The position numbers were made by a program, and so were the translations under genes. Positions 8,789-18,163 of a stretch of DNA of 64,000 nt are shown piece after piece. Source of the DNA: a virus (Duplodnaviria > Heunggongvirae > Uroviricota > Caudoviricetes). Within the stretch, counting starts at the first letter, position 1; each line of letters starts with the position of its first letter. The DNA lies in the IMG/VR virus record IMGVR_UViG_3300025853_000035, positions 1-64,000 of that record. One strand, written 5' to 3'. The notes under the pieces were generated by a model. That model ran no database searches, had not been told where the DNA came from, and saw only the letters and a list, made by a program, of their open reading frames with translations.

Positions 8789-10138
8789 ATGACCACACCA
8801 ACCAGCCATACTGACGCTGCCGACTCGCAGACGCCCGCCGCCGTCCCTGATGTGCCCTTCACCAGCCGCTCCGGTGCGCTACCCAACGAGCGCGTGATGA
8901 TCACCACGGGCATCTTCTATGTGATGGAGCACGACGGCCCCATCCGCTTCTGGATTCACGCGCGCACCTACAACAAGCGCCCGGTCGCTGGTGGTCCCAA
9001 GCGCGTTCGCGGCTTCAACGAGTATGACAAGGCCGTGCGCTTCATGCGCCGGGCGACCAAGGACGCGATCGCCGCTGATCCTGCCGTCCGCAAATGGTTG
9101 GCCAGCTATGAAGGTGTTGAGGCCAACAATGCCGCCGGCATCCAGAACTTAGACCCTGTGCCCCCTCGCAAGCGTGGCCGGCCGGTGGGCAGCAAGAATG
9201 CACCCAAGCCGCAGAAGCCGGGACCGAAGCCCAAACCGCCCGAACCGAAGAAGCGCGGACCCAAGCCGAAACCCCAGCCGCCCGCGCCGATCGAGCATCC
9301 GCCCGTGTCCTTGACCGCGCTGGTTGATCGCTTCCGCATCGAGCCGGAGCTTTCCAACCCGATCGCACAGGTCTGGCGCTGCGTCTCGAACACGGCTCCT
9401 GCTCGTGGCCGCCGGGCGCGCACCGGGAACAACCAGACCGGCGACCTTCCGCACCTGATGGGGAGCTACCTCATCACGCACTATGACCGGGGCGTCTATT
9501 CGGCCGCCTCGGATGAAGACGGCGTGGCCTATATCTATCCGACGTGGATCGACGCGGAACGGGAGGCCAAGTTCTTTTACGAGCAAGCGCCGGAACCCAA
9601 GCTGCCGATGGAAGGGATCACCCACTACCGGGTCGATCATGTTGAGGTTCACCTGACGCCCGCCATCCACGACGGCCGGCCCTATTCGCTGTTCGACACG
9701 CGGGTCTGTGCATATGTGCGCGACGGGCGCGGATACAAGTCCTACACCCGACTCGACAGTGCAAAAGAAGCGGCAAACGAATATGCCGACCTCGCGCCCT
9801 TCTCGGTGCGGCTGGCCCGCGCGCTGGTGGAGACGCCGGAAGAGAAGGCGAACCGCGAGCGCCGCGAGGAACTGGAAGCGATCGAAGCCGCCCGCGCCCA
9901 AGAGGAACGCGACCGCCTCTATGAAGAGGAGATGGCTGACCTCGCGCGCCGCCGGGCGAACGCGCCAGAGCGCCGGTTCCTGACACCGGAGGAGATCGCG
10001 ATCGAGAAGGCCAAGCGCGTGCAGATCATCAACCCGACGCCGGAGCAGAAGCTCGCCGCCCGCCGGGCCAAATATGTGCGCCGGTCCTATTCGGATCGGG
10101 AAGCGCGCGCCCACCGGCAGGCGGCGTCTGATTCGTAG
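8789..10138 (+). CDS. AT-hook-containing DNA-binding protein (candidate origin-binding protein)
   Basis: Pro/Lys-rich segment with AT-hook cores (PRKRGRPVGSKN, KKRGPKPKP) and a charged C-terminal coiled region. A TTGACA promoter lies inside the listed ORF, so the start was moved to the ATG at 8789. Confidence 0.55.
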   Translation: MTTPTSHTDAADSQTPAAVPDVPFTSRSGALPNERVMITTGIFYVMEHDGPIRFWIHARTYNKRPVAGGPKRVRGFNEYDKAVRFMRRATKDAIAADPAVRKWLASYEGVEANNAAGIQNLDPVPPRKRGRPVGSKNAPKPQKPGPKPKPPEPKKRGPKPKPQPPAPIEHPPVSLTALVDRFRIEPELSNPIAQVWRCVSNTAPARGRRARTGNNQTGDLPHLMGSYLITHYDRGVYSAASDEDGVAYIYPTWIDAEREAKFFYEQAPEPKLPMEGITHYRVDHVEVHLTPAIHDGRPYSLFDTRVCAYVRDGRGYKSYTRLDSAKEAANEYADLAPFSVRLARALVETPEEKANRERREELEAIEAARAQEERDRLYEEEMADLARRRANAPERRFLTPEEIAIEKAKRVQIINPTPEQKLAARRAKYVRRSYSDREARAHRQAASDS

Positions 10139-10203
10139 AATAAGTGGTTGATCGAATCACATCACGCGGTTATGTCCGTCTCAACGAAACAACAGGAGGA
10201 CAC

Positions 10204-10575
10204 ATGAAATCCGAAGATATGGACCGCGATCAGTTGCTCGAACTGGTTGCCCGCCTGCGCGATCGCGTTGGTCTGCTGACGGCCGAGAAGAACGGCCAGC
10301 GGAAGGAATATGAAACCCGGATGGCTAATCTCCGGTCGGCCAAGCGTCTCGCAAACAAGCGCGCCGACGCGGCCGAGGAAGCTATGCGTGGCATGGCCGC
10401 CCAGATGCAGAACCTGATCGCATACAAGACGCCGGCCGGTGCCGTCGTCTGGGAACTGCTGCGCCGCTGGGTCAAGCGCTATGAGGCTGTGCCCGCATGG
10501 TCGGCCGAGCGCGACATGCAGATTCTCCTCGACTCCCGCGCCGTCCTTGCTGAGCACGAGAAGGCGGCGGCCTGA
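10204..10575 (+). CDS. hypothetical protein (starts MKSEDMDRDQ)
   Basis: Internal ATG preceded by the SD AGGAGGACAC and a TTGATCGAATCACATCACGCGGTTATGTCC-type promoter. Confidence 0.45.
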   Translation: MKSEDMDRDQLLELVARLRDRVGLLTAEKNGQRKEYETRMANLRSAKRLANKRADAAEEAMRGMAAQMQNLIAYKTPAGAVVWELLRRWVKRYEAVPAWSAERDMQILLDSRAVLAEHEKAAA

Positions 10576-10868
10576 TGTTCGGCTTCTTCAATCGCAAGCG
10601 GCCGGCCGCGCCGGTGACGCAGGTCCTCGTCGGCCTGACGCCGGAAGCGACCTCAGTTGCCATGAACGCGATCCGCCAGTCCATGGACAACATGGCGGAG
10701 CAGGAGGAGCAACTGCGGCGCGACGCCAAGGAACACCACGAGCGGGCCACGCAAGCGGAAAACAACGCACGCGATATGCGGCGCTATGGTCGCCGCTGCA
10801 CGGATGAAGCCGATGCCCTTGCCCAGAAGCGCGCCGCGCTCGCTGAAACGCTCAAGATCGGGGGATAG
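10575..10868 (+). CDS. hypothetical protein (97 aa)
   Basis: ORF. ATGA overlap with the upstream stop. Confidence 0.4.
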   Translation: MFGFFNRKRPAAPVTQVLVGLTPEATSVAMNAIRQSMDNMAEQEEQLRRDAKEHHERATQAENNARDMRRYGRRCTDEADALAQKRAALAETLKIGG

Positions 10869-10869
10869 C

Positions 10870-11133
10870 ATGAACGACAAGGAATTCCTCACCATGGTCG
10901 CTTCCCACTGGCCATACACCCGCGACTGGATGACGCCGGGAGACCTCGAAGCCGAGCGCCAGCGTATCCGTGACATCGCCGATCGCCTCACGCCGGCCGA
11001 CCAGACGCCCGAAGACATCTTCCATGCCGGATACGAGGCGGCTCTGCGCCACACAAGCGGAGGCACGCGCCCCATGGACCTGACCGCTCAGAAGGCGTGG
11101 GCGCAATACCAGCGGATGCAACAGGCGAAATAA
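10870..11133 (+). CDS. hypothetical protein (starts MNDKEFLTMV)
   Basis: Internal ATG of ORF 10786..11133. Confidence 0.4.
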   Translation: MNDKEFLTMVASHWPYTRDWMTPGDLEAERQRIRDIADRLTPADQTPEDIFHAGYEAALRHTSGGTRPMDLTAQKAWAQYQRMQQAK

Positions 11134-11193
11134 TTCACCGCCATTTGCACAAACCCTATAGACAGTCTCACATGACATAGGTATCAGAATCAC

Positions 11194-11817
11194 ATGACGA
11201 ACGAATCGCAAGCCACCCGGTCCTTCTTCGCGGAGATCGACCAGATACTCACCGAAGGAAAAGGAGCCTCCATGCAGACCACCACCGACCGCACGATCGA
11301 CTCCAGCGCAGCATTCGGCGCGCTGCTCGACGAAATCTTCGGCGCTGCCAAGCCCACGGCCCAGCCGGAACCGACCGCTGCCGACAAGGAAGACATCGAG
11401 AACGCGCTCGCCTTCATCGACCTGATGTCCGCTCTGCTGGGCGTGCCGCCGGTGGCTCCGACTGCCGCGCCGTTCGCGATGGTGCCCTTCGCCAAGCTGT
11501 TCAGCACCCGCCACGGCCAGTTGCTGGTCACGCTCAACAACCCGACGCCGGAGCACGACGGACCGCACATCGTCATTCGCGGTGCCGGTCCGCGCGAATA
11601 CACGCCCGAGTTCGTCATGGCCTACACGGGCACCGACGAGGGCTGGCTGTCGGCCGCGCGCGCGTTCGATGCCTTCTCGCAGGAAGTCGCCGAAGGTGCA
11701 GCAGCCGATCTGTCGGCGCGTGGTCAGGCGGCGTTCTCCGAGCAGTTGATGGCCGCCATGGCTGCGTCCGCCGAAGCGGGCATGACCGACACCACCAAGC
11801 ACCGCGACGCGGTCTGA
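11194..11817 (+). CDS. hypothetical protein (207 aa); its C-terminal half is paralogous to the next gene
   Basis: Shares the FAKLFxTxHGQLLxT...DGPxIxxRG motif with 11830..12129. Confidence 0.5.
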   Translation: MTNESQATRSFFAEIDQILTEGKGASMQTTTDRTIDSSAAFGALLDEIFGAAKPTAQPEPTAADKEDIENALAFIDLMSALLGVPPVAPTAAPFAMVPFAKLFSTRHGQLLVTLNNPTPEHDGPHIVIRGAGPREYTPEFVMAYTGTDEGWLSAARAFDAFSQEVAEGAAADLSARGQAAFSEQLMAAMAASAEAGMTDTTKHRDAV

Positions 11818-11829
11818 TCGGAGGGACCG

Positions 11830-12129
11830 ATGGCAAAGTTCGCAAAGCTGTTCGAGACCGAACACGGTCAGTTGCTCGCAACGATCGAAGGCGTCGGTGA
11901 CGACTTCGACGGCCCGACGATCTGCCTGCGCGGCGAAACCGCCGAAGGCGTCGAGCCGGCGTTCCGCGCCGGCCCGTTCACCGACACCCCGCAGGGCTGG
12001 GCCGAGGCCGAGGATTTCCTCGCTCGGATCGATCAGGAAGATGCCGAGAACATCGCCCGCAATCTGTCCGCGACCCTGAGCAACTTCATGCGCTCGGTCG
12101 AAGACGAGGCGGCCGAGCAGGTTGGCTGA
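11830..12129 (+). CDS. hypothetical protein (99 aa), paralog of the 11194..11817 C-terminal domain
   Basis: MAKFAKLFETEHGQLLATIEG versus MVPFAKLFSTRHGQLLVTLNN. Confidence 0.5.
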   Translation: MAKFAKLFETEHGQLLATIEGVGDDFDGPTICLRGETAEGVEPAFRAGPFTDTPQGWAEAEDFLARIDQEDAENIARNLSATLSNFMRSVEDEAAEQVG

Positions 12130-12376
12130 CGCCTTCTGCAACAAGTGCGGCTACTTCGGCCCTGAAACGACGGGTGGCGCTCATCGTCGCCCGTCGGACG
12201 GGGAGGTGTGCAACTATATGTGCGCCCCAGCCGCGCCGGTCTCCCCGGAGATCGCCGCCGAACGCGCCCGCATCCTCGCCGCTCTGGACGGGGAGGCGGA
12301 GCAATATCCCGGAACCGATTGGGAGCTTCACCTCCGAGCGGTCCAGTTCTTCCTCGAAACGGAGGTCTTCCCGTGA
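12122..12376 (+). CDS. small Cys-containing protein (CNKCGY..CNYMC)
   Basis: ORF with paired Cys residues. Confidence 0.35.
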   Translation: MADAFCNKCGYFGPETTGGAHRRPSDGEVCNYMCAPAAPVSPEIAAERARILAALDGEAEQYPGTDWELHLRAVQFFLETEVFP

Positions 12377-12699
12377 GCTACCACAACCCGCGCACCGAGA
12401 TCGCTGCGTCCATCGCTTCTGGTATGCTGGCGCGCGGCCGGGTATGGAACCCGAAGGAGGTTTGGTCTTTGGCCGATGAGCTTCTGGCGGCTGACCCGGA
12501 GGCGAACCCAGCCGAACCGACCGCCTATGAGAAGGCGCTGGAAGAGCAGAACGCCGAGTTGGTGGAAGCGCTCGAACGAATCCTGCGGATCAGCCGCGAC
12601 CGGTTGGACACTACGGACCCTATGTCCTCCTCCATCGTGGGGGATTTCCAGTGCATCGGTTACACGGCGCACCGGATACTGGCGAAGTTCCGGCCGTGA
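12373..12699 (+). CDS. hypothetical protein (GTG start, VSYHNPRTEI)
   Basis: In-frame GTG overlapping the upstream stop. Coding-like composition. Confidence 0.35.
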   Translation: MSYHNPRTEIAASIASGMLARGRVWNPKEVWSLADELLAADPEANPAEPTAYEKALEEQNAELVEALERILRISRDRLDTTDPMSSSIVGDFQCIGYTAHRILAKFRP

Positions 12700-13025
12700 G
12701 CGTCTTCGAGATCATCGGCTATGTCGTGGTGATCCTCGCAGGGATCGCGGCGGGCCTGTTCGTCCTCGTCTGCCTCTATGCGAACCTGATCCACCAGCGG
12801 TTCGAGGCGATCCTGTTCCGCAAGACGCAGCGCCGTCTTTCGCTGGCGGCGTGGCATCACACGGCCCTTAGCCAGACGCCGAAAGACGAATGGCCGGCGA
12901 GCGACTGGCCGATCAACGAGCGCCCTTTCTACCTGTCCTATCAGGCGTTCGGGCGACGCTTCTTCATCATGGCCGGCTCGCTGGGCGACCACCGGTTCAA
13001 CGCCATCAAAGGGGAGCACCCATGA
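12696..13025 (+). CDS. small membrane protein
   Basis: Hydrophobic helix VFEIIGYVVVILAGIAAGLFVLVCLYANLI. Confidence 0.4.
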   Translation: MSVFEIIGYVVVILAGIAAGLFVLVCLYANLIHQRFEAILFRKTQRRLSLAAWHHTALSQTPKDEWPASDWPINERPFYLSYQAFGRRFFIMAGSLGDHRFNAIKGEHP

Positions 13026-13300
13026 AGTTCACGGTTGAGGTGACGCAGATCGTCACCGTCACGCTCGACGAGACCAAGTTCACGTCGGAGTTCATGGATG
13101 AATTCCGCCAGTCGTTCTTCCAATTCGATACGCTCGAAGAGCACGCGGAACACCTCGCCCAGCTTGCGGCGCGCGGTATCGCGGAACCGTCGAAACACTG
13201 CGGCGAGTTCATCGAAGGCTATGGCCCGTCGGTGGATATGGGCATCACGACCAACGTGGACCTCCTCGAAACCTTCGTCATCGACAAGGCATCGGCATGA
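13022..13300 (+). CDS. hypothetical protein (starts MKFTVEVTQI)
   Basis: Internal ATG of ORF 12890..13300, ATGA-coupled to the upstream gene. Confidence 0.4.
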   Translation: MKFTVEVTQIVTVTLDETKFTSEFMDEFRQSFFQFDTLEEHAEHLAQLAARGIAEPSKHCGEFIEGYGPSVDMGITTNVDLLETFVIDKASA

Positions 13301-13521
13301 GTTGGTTCCAGAAACAGCGGCAGGACTTCATCCGCGCCACGCTGATGACTTACGGCATGATCCGCCGCAAGCAGATCGTCGAGAAGTTCGACGTGACGCT
13401 GGCGATCGCATCGTCGGACATCCAGACGTTCATGGACGCCCACCCGGACCTGATCGATTACGACCGCTACGCCAAGTGCTATGCGTTCGACGGCACCGAC
13501 CTGCTGGAGGAGAAGCCATGA
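13297..13521 (+). CDS. hypothetical protein (74 aa)
   Basis: ORF only. Confidence 0.4.
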   Translation: MSWFQKQRQDFIRATLMTYGMIRRKQIVEKFDVTLAIASSDIQTFMDAHPDLIDYDRYAKCYAFDGTDLLEEKP

Positions 13522-13877
13522 CCATCCCCAACACGAAGGAATCGCAGCGCGTCCTCGCCGAGGAGATCGCGAAGCAGGTGGCGGATAACTCCGGCTGGAA
13601 GTCCATCACGTCCAACTACGCCCGTATCTATCAGGCCGCCTTCCTTGGCGTCGTGAAGACCTGCGAGCGGCTGGCCGCGTCGGCGGCGTCGGATGCCGAG
13701 TTCCAGATCGACAACATGGAGACCATCCGCCCCGGCGGCGGTCCCATCACGAATCTCTGCCGCGAGGTCGAGTTCGAGACGCGCTATGCCAATCCGCCGG
13801 GGAGCAATCCCTGCAACGAGATCATCGGCGGATCGCAGGACGACGTGCTGGTCGAGATCGACGAGAGCCGGCCATGA
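13518..13877 (+). CDS. hypothetical protein (starts MTIPNTKESQ)
   Basis: Internal ATG of ORF 13098..13877. Confidence 0.4.
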   Translation: MTIPNTKESQRVLAEEIAKQVADNSGWKSITSNYARIYQAAFLGVVKTCERLAASAASDAEFQIDNMETIRPGGGPITNLCREVEFETRYANPPGSNPCNEIIGGSQDDVLVEIDESRP

Positions 13878-14143
13878 CGGACTTCTCAATCGGGGACCGC
13901 GTTAAGTTGGCCGACCCGGAAAACTGGAAGCAGCCCTACCGCAAATTGGGAAACGATGGTCGCCTTGCGACCGTGACTTCCATCGTCGAGAGCAACTTTC
14001 GTGATCCGATCAAGATCGAGTTCGACGTGAAGCGGAAGGGCGCTACCCACCACACGATCTGGCTCAAGGCGCGTGACATCACACTTACGGACGAGGACCG
14101 GCCGCTGGCCGGCATTCATCTGCATCAAGGAGGAGACCTATGA
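13874..14143 (+). CDS. hypothetical protein (89 aa)
   Basis: ORF only. Confidence 0.4.
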   Translation: MTDFSIGDRVKLADPENWKQPYRKLGNDGRLATVTSIVESNFRDPIKIEFDVKRKGATHHTIWLKARDITLTDEDRPLAGIHLHQGGDL

Positions 14144-14586
14144 CTTCCGCAACGGGCTGGGTCACAATGAGCTTATCTCCAATTCAGCAGCCACCCTCTG
14201 ACATGGAATCATCTGTGACCGCGATCATCGAAAACGAAAACTGGTTCGACGACCTCAGCTTCGACGCCAAGGGCGTAGCCGGCGCATGGTTCGGCATGAT
14301 GGTGCCGGGCAAGGGCGAAGTCACCTTCCAGTTGCAGAAGGCCAAGCCTTCCCCGCGCGCTCAGGCGGCGCTTGACGAACTGGTGACCAAGGGTCTGGCC
14401 AGCGTCGAAGCCTTCAACCGCTACGGCGGCCTCGTCTACCGGCCGCTGGTGCGGTTCGACATGGCGATGGAATGGCTGGGCAGCAACCTTGACCACCCGG
14501 ACATCAAGTTCGCCCTGACGGAAGAGGTCAAGGACGAGAAGGACGCGCGCAAGCACCAGAAGAAGGCGCTGGCCGTTGGCGGATAG
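14140..14586 (+). CDS. hypothetical protein (148 aa)
   Basis: ORF only. Confidence 0.4.
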   Translation: MTSATGWVTMSLSPIQQPPSDMESSVTAIIENENWFDDLSFDAKGVAGAWFGMMVPGKGEVTFQLQKAKPSPRAQAALDELVTKGLASVEAFNRYGGLVYRPLVRFDMAMEWLGSNLDHPDIKFALTEEVKDEKDARKHQKKALAVGG

Positions 14587-14772
14587 CTCACTCCATTACA
14601 TGGGCGACGACTACACCCGGTCGGTCGCCATGAAGATCGCCAGCGCAGCGGCGCAGGGCATCATCGAAGCGCCGTCGCTGGACGGCTTCCTGATGGCCGT
14701 CACCCGCGTGCTCAACACCGTAACGATCGACCACGCCGATCTGGGCGAGTTCGAGATCATCGTGAGGAAGAA

Positions 14773-15057
14773 ATGAACCACCGCCCCACACAGCCTGTCC
14801 CTTACGCGCCGTTCCGCCGTCTCCTCGCATGGGTTCTCCGCCGCCGGCTGGTGGCGCTGGTTGACCATGACAACGAGGTGAATGTCCGGGTCGAGTGCTA
14901 CGACAAGGATGGTAACCCGTTCGCATGGCGCTATAAGGGCATCAAGCGCGGCGTCCACCTCCGCGAAGGCGGCCTGACCGTCGGTATGTCCTTCGTCGAA
15001 TACTGGTATCCGCTGGCGGACTTCCGCAAGCGTAGCCGGGCGAAGGGCTGGGCGTGA
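14773..15057 (+). CDS. hypothetical protein (94 aa)
   Basis: ORF only. Confidence 0.35.
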   Translation: MNHRPTQPVPYAPFRRLLAWVLRRRLVALVDHDNEVNVRVECYDKDGNPFAWRYKGIKRGVHLREGGLTVGMSFVEYWYPLADFRKRSRAKGWA

Positions 15058-15214
15058 CCGACGATCGGATCGAGGTCGTCATGCTCAAGCGCCGGATCGA
15101 GGAGCTTGAGCACCAGATCAACCACATCAAATCTCACATGGTGAACTCGGCCGGCCGTATCCAGATCATGCTGGATGAGGACGATTACGAGGGCATCTGC
15201 GAAGAACTGGAAGC

Positions 15215-15502
15215 ATGGAAATGACGCGGAGCTACCCTGTCCCGACCGAGCGCTGGTATCACAGCTACATCCCGTGCGTGGTCATCACGACCATCTTGGG
15301 CTTCGCCATGGCGGCATGGACCGACGGGACCACCACCGCTGTCATCCTGAGCTTCGGCATCATGGGCGTCCTGAGCTTCGCCGTCACGGCTGCTGCGTGG
15401 ATGGTCGATGGCTTCACGGCGAAAAGCTGCGGTGCCTTCTGGACGATGATGACCTGCGGCGCGGTGTGCGCTTTCGTGCCTGTTGGGGTGGACCTGTTTT
15501 GA
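15215..15502 (+). CDS. membrane protein (95 aa, 2-3 TM helices)
   Basis: Hydrophobic segments. Confidence 0.4.
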   Translation: MEMTRSYPVPTERWYHSYIPCVVITTILGFAMAAWTDGTTTAVILSFGIMGVLSFAVTAAAWMVDGFTAKSCGAFWTMMTCGAVCAFVPVGVDLF

Positions 15503-15744
15503 GAACCATCCGGGACATCCTGAGCGAAATGATCGTGCTGGAGGGCGAACTGAACCTTTGCAATTATGACCACGACGACGTGGTCTGCTTGCAAGATGGC
15601 TTCATCGCTTCCTACCATCTCGCGGTGGAGGCGCTGGAGCTTCTGGACGCCGAAGCCCGCCGGGCGAGCGATGAAGCCGACGCCGAGGAAATGAACCGAT
15701 TGGCCGGAGCTACCTACCGCCAGTCGCTTGGGGACTGACACACC

Positions 15745-15975
15745 ATGCGTAACTGCCTGACCTGCAAGTGGCGGGGACCGGCACGGACTCCGCAGTGCTC
15801 CAAGGAACCGGAGCATTCGGCGACCTGTGAATACCCGCTCCCGACCATCACCATGATCGGCTTCAACGTGACGGACGTGCGCCGCCACATCAATCTGGCG
15901 ACGATGTTGCCGGACAGTCCCTATTACCATGAGGCGCACGCTGCACAGGAATGCGCCACATGGGTTGACGCATAG
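15745..15975 (+). CDS. small Cys-rich protein (76 aa)
   Basis: CLTCKW..C..C pattern. Confidence 0.35.
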   Translation: MRNCLTCKWRGPARTPQCSKEPEHSATCEYPLPTITMIGFNVTDVRRHINLATMLPDSPYYHEAHAAQECATWVDA

Positions 15976-16038
15976 GACGAATCATCCTACGACAGTCTCA
16001 CACGACACTGAGTCGATTAGAAATAAAAGGAGACTGAC

Positions 16039-16356
16039 GTGGGCAAGGCCCTCACACATAATATCCGCTTCGAGGCCGAGGTCGGCACGCGCATCCTGCG
16101 ATCGCATTTCTGGGGCATCTGCGCGTCGGACGCCGACGGTCATGCCCTGTGGTGGTCGGACAAGGCGAAGCGCTGGTTGACGTGGGAAGAGTCCCGCGAA
16201 CTGCGGTCGGGATACAGCACCCACTATCACGGTCCGCGCACCTACAAGGCATTCCTGAGTCATCTGCGCGACCACCCGGAACTGGCCGGCGCGACCGTCA
16301 CGCTGGTAAGCCGCTTCCACGATCACAGCATCGTGGCCGAACCGACCATGCACTGA
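16039..16356 (+). CDS. hypothetical protein (105 aa)
   Basis: ORF preceded by the promoter-like GACAGTCTCACACGACACTGAGTCGATTAG and the SD AAAAGGAGA. Confidence 0.4.
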   Translation: MGKALTHNIRFEAEVGTRILRSHFWGICASDADGHALWWSDKAKRWLTWEESRELRSGYSTHYHGPRTYKAFLSHLRDHPELAGATVTLVSRFHDHSIVAEPTMH

Positions 16357-16369
16357 GGAGACCGCTGCC

Positions 16370-16744
16370 ATGATGACCATGAACCAAGTGATCGCCGCCC
16401 TCAAGGAACTGGCACCGGAACGCCCGGTCGTGTTCAGCTTTGCTGACATCGCGCCGACGACCGTGGCCAGCTATCGCGGATATTATGACCAGCCAGCGCT
16501 GGGCTGGGAACCGACCGGATACGACGGCGACGCCCGCCCGCCGGAGGCTGAGGCACTGATCGAACAGCTTGAAGGTGCGATCGGCACGATCTTCACCGGC
16601 TGGAAGGGCGGGGACTATCGCTACAACGGCGACGAGACGCTATGGGTTGCGAACCCCGGCAGCAGCACCGGTAACTTCATCACGGGCCTCGACCTCAGCG
16701 GCTATTTCGCCGTGCTGATCGTCGGCCGGGAGGAAGGATATTGA
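16370..16744 (+). CDS. hypothetical protein (124 aa)
   Basis: ORF only. Confidence 0.4.
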   Translation: MMTMNQVIAALKELAPERPVVFSFADIAPTTVASYRGYYDQPALGWEPTGYDGDARPPEAEALIEQLEGAIGTIFTGWKGGDYRYNGDETLWVANPGSSTGNFITGLDLSGYFAVLIVGREEGY

Positions 16745-17283
16745 GCGCCGACCAGATGCTGATCCTTGAGGCCGCTGCGTTCGCCGCCAGCCGCCATCAC
16801 GGGCAGGTCCGCAAATGGACCGGTGAGCCTTACGTCACGCACACCTTGGAGGTCGCCTCCATCGTCGCGCAAGTGACCGACGACACCGACATGATCATCG
16901 CCGCGATCCTGCACGACGTGGTGGAGGACACCAACACGCAAATCGGCGAGGTGTGGAACCGCTTCGGCTACGAGGTGGCGAACCATGTCCAATGGCTGAC
17001 TGACGTGAGCAAGCCGTCGGACGGCAACCGGGCGATCCGCAAGGCGATGGACCGTGAGCATATCGCGAAGGCTCCGCCCCGGACGAAGACGATCAAGCTG
17101 GCCGACCTGATCTCGAACTCCCGGTCGATCCTCGCGCTGGACGAAGGCTTCGCCCGCATCTACCTACCGGAGAAAATCCGGCTGCTCGGGGTGCTGATCG
17201 AGGGGAATGAATCCCTGTGGCAAGAGGCACACGAGATCGTCCAGCAGGGCCTCGCCAAGCTGGCGGAGAAGCGCGACGCATGA
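16741..17283 (+). CDS. small alarmone hydrolase, HD-domain (p)ppGpp hydrolase of the SpoT/Mesh1 family
   Basis: HHGQVRKWTGEPYVTHTLEVASI...IIAAILHDVVEDT and IKLADLISNSRSI match the RelA/SpoT hydrolase (HD) motifs. Confidence 0.8.
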   Translation: MSADQMLILEAAAFAASRHHGQVRKWTGEPYVTHTLEVASIVAQVTDDTDMIIAAILHDVVEDTNTQIGEVWNRFGYEVANHVQWLTDVSKPSDGNRAIRKAMDREHIAKAPPRTKTIKLADLISNSRSILALDEGFARIYLPEKIRLLGVLIEGNESLWQEAHEIVQQGLAKLAEKRDA

Positions 17284-17552
17284 GCGACTTCTACAAGCTG
17301 CATTTCTGGCGGCCGGCCGCCGGCTTCAATAGCATCACGCCCTGCGATCGCACGGACGAGCGCCTGAACCGCTGCGAGATCGAGTGCTTCGGTCCCGGCC
17401 GCGACACCCATGTCTTCCTCCGCGATGAAGGCGAGACGCTGCTGCGGTTCATCTATCGCATCCAAGGCGTCGAGACGCTGATGAAGGCCGCCCACTGGCA
17501 GGGCCGCCGGTTCCAAGCCGGCGTCATGAGAGAGGCGCTGGAAGTCCGATGA
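17280..17552 (+). CDS. hypothetical protein (starts MSDFYKLHFW)
   Basis: Internal ATG of ORF 17217..17552. Confidence 0.4.
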   Translation: MSDFYKLHFWRPAAGFNSITPCDRTDERLNRCEIECFGPGRDTHVFLRDEGETLLRFIYRIQGVETLMKAAHWQGRRFQAGVMREALEVR

Positions 17553-17968
17553 CATTCGCCGACGAGGTAAAGCGCGAGCGGGACGGGGAGGGCGTCTCGA
17601 TATTCGAAGCCTTCCACCGCGTCATGCAGCGACAGATGCTCCGCGACGTGGATGCGGCCGAAACGGTGGATGACCTCAAGCACATCCTCCGCGAATTGAT
17701 CCTCGAAACCCGGTTCGATCGCCGCGTTGCTGGTTGACATCACGACTCACTTCGCATAGTCATTTTAACATGACATCGAGTCGTTCAAGAATAACAGGGG
17801 ACACCACTTGAACAATCGCTACCTCTTCTTCTTCGCCATTATCGCCTTCATTCTGGTGACCGGCGTCCTCGCCCAACTCGGCCTCTCGTCCGCTGCGATC
17901 AGCGCGGGCATCGCCGCCGTCGTGATCGCTATCGGCCTGATGGCTGAGATCGATGGCACCTTCGCGAA

Positions 17969-18163
17969 ATGAGCAAGCGCCATTTCTATGGCGCGGCGAG
18001 CATCGCCTGCGTCATCACCGCCGGCTGGATGGCCGATCAGGGTCACTATTGCAGCACCATCTCGCTCATCATCGGCGGGATCATGTGCTTCTACGCTGCG
18101 ATCGTCTGCGATGCCGATCGCATGGAATCCATGCTGGACGAAATTCTGGATAGCACCCCATGA
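17969..18163 (+). CDS. small membrane protein (64 aa)
   Basis: Two hydrophobic helices. Confidence 0.35.
   Translation: MSKRHFYGAASIACVITAGWMADQGHYCSTISLIIGGIMCFYAAIVCDADRMESMLDEILDSTP

Noticed and set aside
9149-10114. 321-aa minus-strand ORF
   Set aside because: Antisense to the AT-hook protein gene. Arg/Gly/Ala-rich artefactual frame.
10852-12144. 430-aa minus-strand ORF
   Set aside because: Antisense across four well-ordered plus-strand genes. Low-complexity R/G/A-rich translation.
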